A stretch of DNA of 64,000 bases. Origin: Octopus sinensis (taxonomy: Eukaryota). The notes beneath the pieces are model-generated. The model saw only the letters and a list, made by a program, of their open reading frames with translations, made no database searches and was not told the origin of the DNA. The position numbers were made by a program, and so were the translations under genes. The stretch spans positions 39,184,001 through 39,248,000 of the forward strand of contig NC_042997.1 of NCBI RefSeq assembly GCF_006345805.1, read 5' to 3'. Positions 11,776 to 23,480 of this stretch are shown here, piece after piece (positions within the stretch are counted from its first letter, which is position 1; every line of letters starts with the position of its first letter).

Positions 11776-12083
11776 TTCCCAACCACATGGTTCCGGGTTC
11801 AGTCTCACTGCATGGCACCTTGGGTAGGTGTCTTCTGCTATAGTCTTAGGTCAACCAAAGCCTGTCGTGTGTGTGTGTTTCTGTCTGTGTTTGGCCCCTA
11901 CCACCAACATTTGATAACTGGTGTTGGTGTGTCTGTAGCCCTGTAACTTAGCAGTTCAGCAAAAGAAACTGATAGAATAAGTACCAGGCTTAAAAAATAA
12001 AAAGTACTGGGTTTGATTCATTCAACTAACAATTCAAGGTGGTGCCCCAGCATGGCCACAGTCTGACTGAAACAAGTAAAAGA
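11776..12083 (+). mobile_element. SINE subfamily A'
   Basis: Diverged colinear match. Confidence 0.75.
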
Positions 12084-12103
12084 TATATAAAGATTTATAT
12101 ATA

Positions 12104-12272
12104 GGCATAGGAGAGGCTATGTGGTAAGTAGCTTGCTTACGAACTACATGGTTCCAGGTTCAATCCCACTGCATGGCACCTTGGGCAAGTGTCTTCTACT
12201 ATAGCCTTGGGCCAACCAAAGCCTTCTGAGTGGATTTGGTAGACGGAAACTGAAAGAAGCCTGTCGTATGTA

Positions 12273-12319
<47 letters not shown>

Positions 12320-12783
12320 ATATATATATTTATAATGAGATTAGCTCGTATACGAGTGGGTATATATTTGTAAAAAATGAATATCGAAAATGCTGCTATA
12401 GTAGACAAATTTTTATATATACATTATAACATGTTTCGGTTCTTGAGAACCTTATCAAAAAAAGTTATATATAAAAAAAGATAGTTCATGCTATCAAATA
12501 TAAAAAATTCATTTATAATATACGATAGTCAGACATCATATATATATATATATATATATATTTGTGTGTGTGTGTGTGCATGTTTGTGTGTCTGTGTTTG
12601 TCCCCACAATATTGCTTGACAACTGATGCTGGCGTGTTTACGTCCCCGTAACTTAGCGGTTCGGCAAAAGAAGCCGATAGAATAAGTACTAGGCTTACAA
12701 AGAATAAGTCCTGGGGGGTCGATGTGCTTGCCTAAAGGCGGTGCTCCGGCATGGCCACAGTCAAATGACTGAAACAAGTAAAA
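12104..12783 (+). mobile_element. SINE family A with about 190 bp of foreign (Penelope-like) sequence in its microsatellite
   Basis: A head at 12104-12270, insert at about 12336-12530, A 3' half at 12535-12783. Confidence 0.8.
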
Positions 12784-13094
12784 GTGTATTTATTAATATA
12801 TATAAGTATATTTATTTATATAAATCCTTATTGATTTCTTTCCATGTGAAACCTGATTTAAAAAAAAAAGAAATTAAAAGTCATGTTTAACATTGACCTT
12901 TTGTTATGATTTCATGCATAAACTGTATTACAATTACTCTCCTTTTGAAGTTATATATCTTACTAATCATCACTTAATATTTACTAAGTGCCATCTATCA
13001 ATTCCCTCACACATAGCCTAAATGTGTTGGAATTTCTTTTTCTATCTGAATGATTATGAAGTCCATCAAACAAATTTGCTAACCTGGTTTATAG

Positions 13095-13141
13095 AGCTAC
13101 TTCCCAGCCATCATAGCTTCCCACCAGGTGTAACAGTTTTG
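13095..13141 (+). CDS. candidate 47-nt exon (xLLPSHHSFPPGVTVL)
   Basis: GCTAAC branch-like motif, TTTATAG acceptor, GTAATT donor. The frame ending at the donor is open. Confidence 0.25.
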
Positions 13142-13773
13142 GTAATTACAGCTTTAATGCCAAAATGTCAGCATACCTGTTAAGCACTTGTTGTCATCTT
13201 TCTCTTTCTGCTTTGGTTTTTTTTTTTTTTTTTCCCCACTTTATTTTATATATTTTTATTCTTTTCTTAACATGCCTGCCATATGTCTCTCAGCTATTTC
13301 AAAAATGCTTTCATAAAATAGGTATTTGAACTCAATTACCTTCTTAAGGATAATTTTCAACTAATATTTAATTTTTATTTATTTATTTATTTATCTATTT
13401 ATTTTAGATAAATAATTTCTAAAATAGTTACAAATGCAACATATAAATGATAAAGAAAAGTTCTGGGTTTGGCACAGATTTTATGAATTGCCTTATCTAG
13501 AGCAGCAAGTGCCAGAATTGGTTGATAAAATGATAAAATTCTTTAATTTTTAGTTAAATCCTTTTACATTCAGAGTTCAAATACTGCTAGGGTCAACTTC
13601 AGTTTTTTTTTCTTTTTGTTTTTTTTTTTTGTCTCTCCAGGACCAATAAAATAAAGTAGCAGTCGAGAGTTTCATATCAATATAAAAGCCTTTACTTCTT
13701 TCTCAAAAATTGATGCCCCTTATGTTAGAAATCAGATTGCTTGCCTATCTGATATTTTCATAGAGCATTTTAA

Positions 13774-14565
13774 CCATTTGTTGCTATATTTCTGTTGAAA
13801 TACACAACTATTGTTTCAATTAATTTAGATCATAATGAAGAATTTAGTAAAATACTTTCATCATTATTAACCTAGTGTTTGGGACATAAATTATGAAATT
13901 TTGATGGGAAGTTTAGATCACTTTAACTCTTTAGCATTCAGATTTCTTTGTCAAATGTAATGTTTATTTATTCACATTGTTTTAGTAGGGTGCTAAGAGC
14001 ACCATCTGAGCGTGACCGTTGCAGGAATGGCTAACTGGCTTCCGTGCCAGTGACATGTAAAAGGCACCATTCGAGCGTGATTGTTACCAGCATCACCTTA
14101 CTGGCACCTGTGCCAGTGGCATGTGTAAAAAGATTCGAGCGAGGTCGTTGCCAGTATCGCCTGACTGGCCCCTGTGCCGGTGGCATGTAAAAGCATCCAC
14201 TACACTCTCGGAGTGGTTGGCGTTTGGAAGGGCATCCAGCTGTAGAAACTGTCAGATCAAGATTGGAGCCTGGTACATCCATCTGGTTCGCCAGCCCTCA
14301 GCCAAATCGTCCAACCCATACTAGCATGGAAAGTGGACGTTAAACGATGATGATGATACACAACAGGCCTCAAGATTTCAAAAACCATGATTGTCTGTTT
14401 TTAAATTGACATTATAGGGTAGGTATGGGAGGTTGGATCTGGTCAGTTTTAGCCTAAAACATAGAATGTTTGGACCAGTTATGGCAGTTTACATGCTAAA
14501 GGGTTAAAACAGGAAGTTTGAATCATAGAACCAGAGACATTGAGGTAGATTTGGTATCAAAAGGA
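13774..14565 (+). mobile_element. composite piggyBac-type MITE (family M3 containing M2, which contains a D' copy)
   Basis: TTAA at 13770 and 14566. M2 (13927-14503) is bounded by TTAA. D' lies at about 13985-14357. Confidence 0.75.
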
Positions 14566-15146
14566 TTAATCTGAAAATGAGGACATTGTCTCATCTAACT
14601 GTGAATATTTCTGTAGAGACTGTGTAAAAAATTCTTACTTAAAAGTATTTGTGTTTGTATTAATAATGGTTCTTTGTGTGTACTCCAAAGAGTTTTAGGT
14701 GTTATAGTCTAACCAGCATCATTGCTTACAGTATTTACAAACATCTTTACATTCTGAGCTTAAATCCCATTGGAGTTAAATTTACCTTGTTAATCGTCAA
14801 CGGTTATCTAATATCTATCGTTAAGTCAGGTTATAATTTAATTTGAAATCATGTTTAGAAATTTGGTTATTTATAGTTCTGATCATAATTTTCACTCATT
14901 TTACGACCATTTGCATAGATTAAGAGACTTTGTCATACTTCACTCGAGTAATTGACAACACATTTGAAGTTAATTAATGGGTTTGTGTATATGTGTATAT
15001 AAATTCTCTCATGTGGTAAAAGGTATAAAAACATATCTTTTACCATCAGAAAGAATTTTTTCTCCAGAGTAACTGCAGTGAATTTGCCTTTAGAAATTAA
15101 AATATGTCACAAACATATTTTAGCTAATCTAAAGCTCATTTATTCC

Positions 15147-15360
15147 TTATTTCTTTATTGCCCACAAGGGGCTAAACATAGAAGGGACAAACAAGGACAG
15201 ACAAAGGGATTAAGTCAATTACATCGACCCCAGTGCGTAACTGGTACTTAATTTATCGATCCTGAAAGGATGAAAGGCAAAGTTGACCTTGGCGGAATTT
15301 GAACTCAGAACGTTAAGACAGACAAAATACCGCTAAGCATTTCACTCTGCATGCTCACTG
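15147..15360 (-). mobile_element. SINE family B
   Basis: Reverse-complement B body; flanked by GCTCATTTATTCC repeats (15134-15146 and about 15395), a possible TSD. Confidence 0.85.
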
Positions 15361-16612
15361 CCTAATTTATTCCCAATCACTGCTTGGCACTGATGCTCAT
15401 TTATTCCTAATCACTGCTTGGCACTGATGCTGCTATTTTTATTCCAGCCAGATGATCCACTAACGCAACTCAGTCACTGATGTCTACTTTTTAGTTAAAG
15501 CTATGACTCTGAATCTGCCCAGGGTTATCTCTGTTCAGTATTTCCCACTGAGAGCCAGAAATACATGTCTGGGAAAACAGCTAGAGGAAGTACTGGGCAG
15601 ACATAGTGTTTTTACACCTTTTACCATGAGAGAATTTTTATCTCCATGCTAACTGCAGTTAATTTTCTTTTAGAAATTAAAAAATAAATCACAAACATAT
15701 TTTAACTAATCTAAAATTCATATACATACATGTGTGTGTGTAAGTCTTTAAACTTCTGCTGACAAAACTTACTGGTATTTTTACTGTAATGAAAAACAAG
15801 AGCATTTTTGCAAAACATGAATAAAAATTGAAAGATATAAGAAGCGTATGATTATTTGAAATCCTGTCAACAAAATACTACAGCTGATAAAGAATGTTTA
15901 TATATACTTCAGAAGTCAAGTTGTCTTTTTTAGTATAAAAATGCAAGTTGATAGATCATCCCAGTCTCATGGGCATTAGGATATTTTTAATAATACATCT
16001 GAAATGTGCTGAATTTGTTGTCTTGAAAGTCTGTATGTGAACACTCCTCCTGTTTAAAACCTGATGTACATACTTCTCAATTAAGGTTTGGTTTCCTGGG
16101 AATTGGGCAGTTATGTTCTAGGATTGCCTTGTTAGGAATTGGTTATTAAGGTTTGGTCTCTTGGGAAGTAGGTAACCACAAATGTATAAAGATTTACAAA
16201 GGGTGTGTCATTTGGTAAATTAATTAAGTTGCTTGTTTGTTTATTTGTTTTTCTTTTAAATTTCAGCATCAGTGTATCTTATCTATGATTCTGATATACA
16301 TTTTCTTAGCCAATGTAGTATTTTTTTATGATCAACAATAATTTGAATATTTAATTGCTTTTGACTAGAAAATACACCTGTGTGAGAAAGTGTCCTATTT
16401 AGCCAGCATTGATAGAAATATCAGCCAAATTATACCCTATTGTCATAAAATGGTAAGGACACATTAGGTCTTGTAGTTCCAGACGTATAAAAAGATTGGA
16501 TGGATAAGTTAGAATGCTTTTCATCATAGCTCTGCTTGAGGAGAGATAACATTAGGCTAAGCAGTAATAATCTTATCCTGTGTTAAACTTTTTTCTTTTA
16601 TAAGATTTACAT

Positions 16613-16999
16613 GGCGCAGGAGTGGCTGTGTGGTAAGTAGCTTGCTTATGAACCACATGGTTCCGGGTTCAGTCCCACTGCATGGCACCTTGGGCAAGTG
16701 TCTTCTACTATAGCCTCGGGCCGACCAAAGCCTTGTGAGTGGATTTAGTAGACGGAAACTGAAAAGATGCCCGTCATATATATGTATATATATGTATGTG
16801 TGTGTCTGTGTCTGTCCCCCAACATCGCTTGACAACCGATGCTGGTGTGTTTACGTCCCCGTAACTTAGCGGTTCGGCAAAAGAGACCGATAGAATAAGT
16901 ACTAGGCTTACAAAGAATAAGTCCTGGGGTCGATTTGCTCGACTAAAGGTGGTGCTCCAGCATGGCCACAGCCACATGCCTGAAACAAGTAAAAGAGTA
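16613..16999 (+). mobile_element. SINE family A
   Basis: Full-length copy. Confidence 0.9.
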
Positions 17000-17248
17000 A
17001 TGCACCTTATATATATATATATCAAATAAAAGTAAGCTGCTTTAGTTGCAGTGTTAATTTCTCATCGGTAGTACATTAGTAACTGTAGTTGGTTTAAATA
17101 CATGTATTCAAAATAGTGGCTAAATTTGAGCTCTAAGGAATAGTCCATCCAGTATTAATTACTGTAGCAATGTAAACTAATAAGAGTGGTTGTTAGTGGA
17201 AGCTTCTAGAAAAATGCTTCATAAAATGCCTTACTTGAAACTTTAGAA

Positions 17249-17467
17249 CAGTGGTTTTCAACCAGGGTTCCACGGAACCTTAGGCTTCCACCAGCACAGT
17301 CCAGTGGTTCCGCAAGAAGTTATAAAACTGCTAAAATCAGCAGTAATTTTTAATTCTCCTGTGCAGATATGTGTGCATAAGACTATTAAATTATTGCCCA
17401 GGGGTTCCTCGAGCCAGTGGAATGTTTCCTTGGGGTTCCGCTCCAGCAAAAAGTTTGAAAAGCACTG
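17249..17467. mobile_element. hAT (Charlie-like) MITE, uninterrupted 219-bp copy
   Basis: CAGTGGTTTTCAA / TTGAAAAGCACTG termini; perfect 8-bp TSD CTTTAGAA at 17241-17248 and 17468-17475. Confidence 0.92.
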
Positions 17468-17530
17468 CTTTAGAAGTTGAATATTTTGATGCTCATTTCT
17501 AAAATTTATGATTGGATTTCATACCTCTTA

Positions 17531-17826
17531 TGGCCTAGTGGTTAGAGCAGCGGACTCGCGGTCGAGGGATCGTGAGTTCGAATCTCAGACCAGGCGATAT
17601 GTGTGTGTGTATGTGTATGAGCGAAACACCTAAGCTCCACGCAGCTCCAGCAGATGGTAATTGTGAACTTCTGCTGACTCTTTCGCCACAACTTTCTCTC
17701 ACTCCTGCATCTAGCAACTCACCTGCGATGGACTGGCGTCCTGTTCAGGTGGGGAACCTATACGCCAAGAAAACTGGGAAACCAGCCCTTATGAGCCAGG
17801 TATGACTCGAGAAGGAACAAACAATG
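17531..17826 (+). mobile_element. SINE family E (tRNA-headed, V-SINE-like motif)
   Basis: TGGCCTAGTGG A box, GAGTTCGAATC B box, CCTGCGATGGACTGGCGTCCTGT motif; CCTCTTAT repeated at both flanks. Confidence 0.85.
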
Positions 17827-18094
17827 CCTCTTATAAATCTCTTTGTGGTACTTTACAGTTTTCAGTAAAAGTAAATGGTAAAATCAAGTAAAATACTTTG
17901 TGGTTTTTATTTGTTTCTTTATGTTCTCAGTTCAGATCATACCAGGATCAACTTCACCTCTTGTCTTTCCAAGTTAGATAAAATAAACAGTCAAATACTT
18001 CTTGTAGGATGGTTAGTTAAAATACTTCTTGTAGGTTAGTCAAATCTACTAAACACACATCTTAAAAGTTTTGGCCTTGTACCTTTGACAAAAT

Positions 18095-18555
18095 TCCTTG
18101 TGATATTACATCCAATTCTTAGGTTAAAATTCCACCAAAGTTGACTTTGCCTTTCATCCTCTTGGGGTTGATAAATTAAGTACCAGTCATGCACTGGGAT
18201 TAATGTAATCAACTTAGCCCCCTTCCCTAAAATTTCAGGCCTTATGCCTATGGTAGAAAGAATTATTATTATACTTATTATTCTACTGACTTTACCTTTC
18301 ATCCTTTCAGGGATCAATAAAATAAGTACCAGTTGAGCACTGGGGTCAACATAACTGACTATCCCTCTCCCTCAAAATTTCTGGCTTATGCCTATAGTAG
18401 AAAGAATTATTATGATGGTGATGTCAGGATCATCTCTGTTTTTCATTCTTTTGGGGTTGATAAAGTACCATTTAAGCACTGAATCTGCTATAATTACTAG
18501 CCCCATGCCCCAAAATGTCAGTCCCTGTGCCTAAAGTAGAAAGAATTATTGTTAT
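18095..18555 (+). mobile_element. three head-to-tail 3' fragments of SINE family C (B-related, (ATT)n tail)
   Basis: Three units of about 150 bp, each with the CCTTTCATCCT..GGGG..GATAAA..AGTACC motif and ending GTAGAAAGAATTATT. Confidence 0.75.
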
Positions 18556-18689
18556 TATTAAGGCAGCAAGCTGGCAGAATCTTTGCTGCATCAGATGAAA
18601 TGTTTAGTGGAAGTTGGTAATTGGAAACTGTGCAAAAGCCTGTTGTGTGTGGATGTATGTGTGTCTTTGTTTTTGTTTCTCATCACAAT

Positions 18690-18915
18690 CCGACCGTGGC
18701 CGTTGCCAGCCTCACCTGGCACCTGTGCAGGTGGCACGTAAAAAGCACCCACTACACTCACGGAGTGGTTGGCATTAGGAAGGGCATCCAGCTGTAGAAA
18801 CACTGCCAGATCAGACTGGAGCCTGGTGCAGCCTTCTGGCTTCCCAGATCCCCGGTCGAACCGTCCAACCCATGCTAGCATGGAGAACGGACGTTAAACG
18901 ATGATGATGATGATC
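18690..18915 (+). mobile_element. retroposon family D
   Basis: D core + (TGA)n tail. Confidence 0.9.
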
Positions 18916-20595
18916 ACTTGGCAACCAGCGTTGGTTTGTTTCCATCTCCATAACTTAGTGGTTCAGCAAAATGTGGCCAATAGAATCAGTACTAGACTTT
19001 AGTTGATTAATCAACTAGACTGTTCTAGGCATTGCTCTAACATGGCCGCAATATAATGACTGAAACAAGATAATTCTTTCGGTAGGCAGGGTGAGGTGGC
19101 CGATTACATCAATCCCAATGCTTTATATTCCCTCACTCTCTACACATACTCCCTTCTTATTTCATTAACCCCAAAAGGATGAAAGGCAAAGTCAGCCTCG
19201 GTGGAATTTGAGCTCAGAGTTAAAAAATTGGTGGAATTCCACAAAGCATTTTGCTCAGCATACTAATGATTCTGCCAGCTCACCACTTTAAACAAGTTAA
19301 ATAATAAAAGAACAATTCTGTGTATGTGTTTCAATTAATTTTGGAAATATTGAAGAATTTGTCAGGATTTAGTAATATAACAAAAAAAACTTTAGTATCA
19401 TAAAATTAAACCCAGTCTTGTGTAGGTTAGTATCAAAAGGTTTAAAATGTATTATGCTTAAACTGCTAAGCTTACTGTGTTTCCAGAACTATGAGTCAGT
19501 AGGTTTTGTAAAATTACAATATTTTAAAAATGCTGTGAATTAAAGAATTCAGGAATTTCATTTTCTATTCAGTATCATTTAAAATAATAACAGCCATCTT
19601 TTTGATAAGCATCATGCTTTCACTTTTACATTTATTTTAAAGATATGCAAATGTGATAAGAATTAGCAAGTTTCACTTGTAAAATTTCCCCTTAAGTTTA
19701 AAAAAGAAAATTCTAATGAAGTTTTTTTATTGATTAGATAATTTAAACAAATTTAAATTGTTAAACTAGTAGTATGGATTTAATTAATCAATAATTTTTC
19801 AATCATAAAAATTTGTAGAAACCAATCCTAATAGGAAAACAACATCCGTCTTTAAATAAATATTTCCTTAAAACTTCCTGTCACCTCTTTTTTAAGCCTC
19901 TCTCTCTCTCTCTCTCCCCACTTCTCCCTTATTCATTTTTTATATTCCCTCTCACCTCAATATGTAACCCCTCCCTCTCTCTGCACTTGCCCCCCCCCCT
20001 ATCCACACTCGCCTTGTTTTCCACATGTTTCGCTTCCGCTTTTTTCATAGCTTAGTTTCTTAGTTCTACAAATGTGTTTATAAATTGTTGGTGCAGATAT
20101 GTTACGCCGGGATACTTCACTTGGAAATGGGTGTGGATCTATTTTACAAGGAAAATACTTTGGGGAGTATTCTGCATGACATCTATAAATAATGGTTGAG
20201 TCTCACATACGTAATATACTGAGCTGAAAAAAAACATTTTTCAATTAACTAAGATTATTGTTGCAAGTAGAAGACAAAAAATCCTGCTAGGGTGTTTAGA
20301 ATTTAAGCACAGTAAGTAAACAACTCCAGCAATATCAGCGAATTCAAATTTTTGGGAAAATGGTGAATATGCTCGGCTGATGAGATTTAACAAGATCAAA
20401 ACATATCTATTAATTTTTACCAATTGTCTTTAAAAGGCAAAAATCCACTCCTGACTGATTTGTCAATATTTTCCAAAACTTTCAACTAGCTGACATTACT
20501 AAAGTTTTTGATTGTTAGTTTCTGTTGTTAAACACGCCTTAGTGAGAGATTTTGTCTTTCAGTTGTAAGGATAATTTTAAAGTTTTTTAATGCTC

Positions 20596-20952
20596 GATCT
20601 TTGCGTGATTGTTGCCAGAGCGGCTAACTGGCTTCTGTGCCGGTAGCATGTAAGAAGCACCATTCGAGCGGGATTGTTACAAGCATCGCCTTACTGGCAC
20701 CTGTGCCATTGGAATGTGTAAAAAGATTCGAGCGAGGTCATTGCCAGTACCGCCTGACTGGCCCCCGTGCCGGTGGCACAGAAAAGCACCCACTACACTC
20801 TCAGAGTGGTTGGCGTTAGGAAGGGCATCCAGCTGTAGAAACTCTACCAGATCAAGACTGGAGTCTGGTGCAGCCATCTGGTTCACCAGCCCTCAGTAGA
20901 ACCGTCCAACCCATGCTAGCATGGAAAGCGGACGTTAAGCGATGATGATGAT
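20596..20952 (+). mobile_element. retroposon subfamily D'
   Basis: Matches the D' copy at 13985; (GAT)n tail. Confidence 0.85.
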
Positions 20953-21104
20953 CTTGTATACTGGAGATTCTATCATCATAGGCGTAGGCATGGCAGTGTT
21001 GTAAAAAGTTTGCTTTCCAACCACATGGCTTCGGGTTCAGTCCCACTGTGTGGCACTTTGGGCAAATGTCTTCTACTAAAGCAATAACCCAATCAAAGCC
21101 TTGT

Positions 21105-21401
21105 TCCTTCTTGAGCCACGCCTGGCTCATAAGGGCCGGTTTCCTGGTTTCCTTGGCGTATAGGTTCCCCACCTGGACGGGACGCCAGTCCGTCACAGGT
21201 GAGCTGCAAGATGCAGGAGGAAAGAGTGAGAGAAAGTTGTGGCGAAAGAATCAGCAGAAGTTTGCCATTACCTTCTGCCGGAGCCACATGAAGCTTAGGT
21301 GTTTCGCTCATAAACACACACATCGCCCGGTCTGAGATTCGAACCCACGATCCCTCGACTGCGAGTCCGCTGCTCTAACCGCCAGGCCATGTGCCTCCAC
21401 G
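21105..21401 (-). mobile_element. SINE family E nested in an A' copy
   Basis: Reverse complement of the 17531 element; 13-bp TSD ATCAAAGCCTTGT at 21092-21104 and 21402-21414. Confidence 0.9.
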
Positions 21402-21888
21402 ATCAAAGCCTTGTGAGTGAATTTCGTAGACAGAAACTAATAGAAGCCTGTCGTGTGTGTGTTTATCATCATTGTTTGACCGTGGTCGAGACAATAGAAT
21501 TTACTATGCTACGCCAGACTTCACGGTCCATCATAGCATTACGGAGGTCCTGTTGCTGGATGCCTGTGTCCCTGGAGTTTATACATCCTCTGCCACTGCT
21601 TGACCTTCATTGTTAATTTGTTTACGTCCCCATTACTTTGTGGTTTGGGCATAAGAAACCAATAGAGTATGTACCAGACAGTGTCTCGGCATGGTCACCT
21701 TGCAATGGTTGAAGCAATTAAAAGATAGCATTATCATCTTATCCATGTATAGTGACTATTAAGTGTTTTTAGTAAATGTCATGAACTTCTAGAATGCCTT
21801 TTGAGTATTTTTTCAAATATAAAATTTTTTCTAAATGAGGACTTTTTATTATTGCTAAAGATTATATTTTGTGGAGTTGGAATGGTAG

Positions 21889-22222
21889 TTAGTTAGTTAG
21901 TTAATTTTTTGGCTCAAAAAGCAAAAAGCAAGGCCATGTAGGGGAACATGGAGTTATGTACAGGGTGGTGTTCATGTAAAGAGTTCAGGCCACTTGAGGT
22001 CAAGGGAGACTATGAACAAAGCGGTCGTCGGCATCTTCACCATCTCGTCCGGCAGCTTATTCCACGGATCCGCAACCCGGACGGAGAAAGCCCCTCTCCT
22101 TCGATTGAGATGAAATCGTCGCAGATAGAGCTTTTCGGAATGACCCCGCAGCCAACACTCTGGAGCAGGAGTGAAGAACAGCTCTTTCGAGAGGTTACAC
22201 TTTCTGCTTATGATGTTGTGAG
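21889..22222 (-). mobile_element. 5'-truncated CR1-clade LINE 3' end
   Basis: Minus frame ...LRGHSEKLYLRRFHLNRRRGAFSVRVADPWNKLPDEMV...ELFT* shows the RGH..KL...F..RV...WN.LP motif; short 3' UTR and (TAAC)n tail. Confidence 0.9.
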
Positions 22223-23071
22223 CGAGAATGAGATAGAAAAAACATTGCCTAAATTCCCAAACTATGGAACTAATAATGTTAAAAATAAAATCTGAATAAT
22301 TTTATAGAATTTCTTAGTTTAATAACATTTTTATGAATGAGAATAGAATCATGAACATCTCTCCACTTAAGATGCCTAGTTTACTCAGCAGCGGATTTTG
22401 AGTTGATTAGGATTATGTATAATTGAAAGGTGCATCCTATATCTTAATCCACTTTACTAAACTTATAGAGTAAAAAAAAAAATGGGAATAAATCTATATT
22501 TAGTATCCTTGACCTTTCACTTAATCACACGTGGCTACCAAAGTTCACCTGATGTTTAATCAATCACTGCCACAGAGTACAATTTTAATAAATTGATCTC
22601 CTTTGAATATATCTTCCATGTTAGAACCAGTGGTCTGCAATTTAAAGTTGCCACTTAAAGCTGACACCTGACTCGATCAGTGATTTATTGATTGAAATAA
22701 ATAGGTTTTGCCACATATCCACTTTAATGAAACACAATATTCTGAAGCTACACTCATATACTCACACATCTAATCTGTTTGCATGTTTTTCAATTTGTTG
22801 GGTTTTTCTTTTTATAATTATTTAAGTATTTAAAAGCTAACTGATTTTGTGCATGGATCTGGATATTCAAATCCTTTATTGGATAAATATTAGGTGTAAC
22901 CATGTTGTTCACTGTGAATGAAACCAGTTTAAATCCAGTTGTTAGGTAGTCCTAATTATCAGTGTGTGGTGTGTGTGTGTGTGTGTGTGGAAGAGAGAGA
23001 GAGAGAAAGAAATAAAGAAAGTTAGATATTCTAAGTTTCCAAATATTATAGAATATACAAAAGGGGCAATC

Positions 23072-23480
23072 ATCATCGTTTAACGTCCGTCCTCCACACC
23101 AGCACGGGTCGGACGGTTCGACCGGGGTCTGGGAAGCCATGGTCTGCATCAGGCTCCAGTCTGATCTGGCAGTGTTTCTACAGCTGGATGCCCTTCCTAA
23201 TGCCAACCACTCCACGAGTGTAGTGGGTGCTTTTTACGTGCCACCTGCACAGGTGCCAGGGGGGTCTGACATCGGCCACGATCGGTTGGTGCTTTTAACG
23301 TGCCACCGGCACAGAAGCCAGTCGAGGCGGCGCTGGCATCGGCCACGTTCGGATGGTGCTTTTTATGTGCCACCGGCACAGAAGCCAGCCAAGGCGGAAC
23401 TGGCATCGGCCACGTTCGGATGGTGCTTTTTATGTGCCACCGGCACAGAAGCCAGTCGAGGCGGCGCTGGCAACGGCCAC
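23072..23480 (-). mobile_element. retroposon family D with 67-bp internal minisatellite (about 4 units)
   Basis: TGCCACC recurs at 23301, 23368 and 23435 (67-bp period). Confidence 0.9.

Noticed and set aside
17531-17600. tRNA-like sequences (also at 21330, 35856, 63200 and the SINE A heads)
   Set aside because: They have A/B boxes but run on into SINE bodies and lack a proper acceptor stem, so they are SINE heads rather than tRNA genes.
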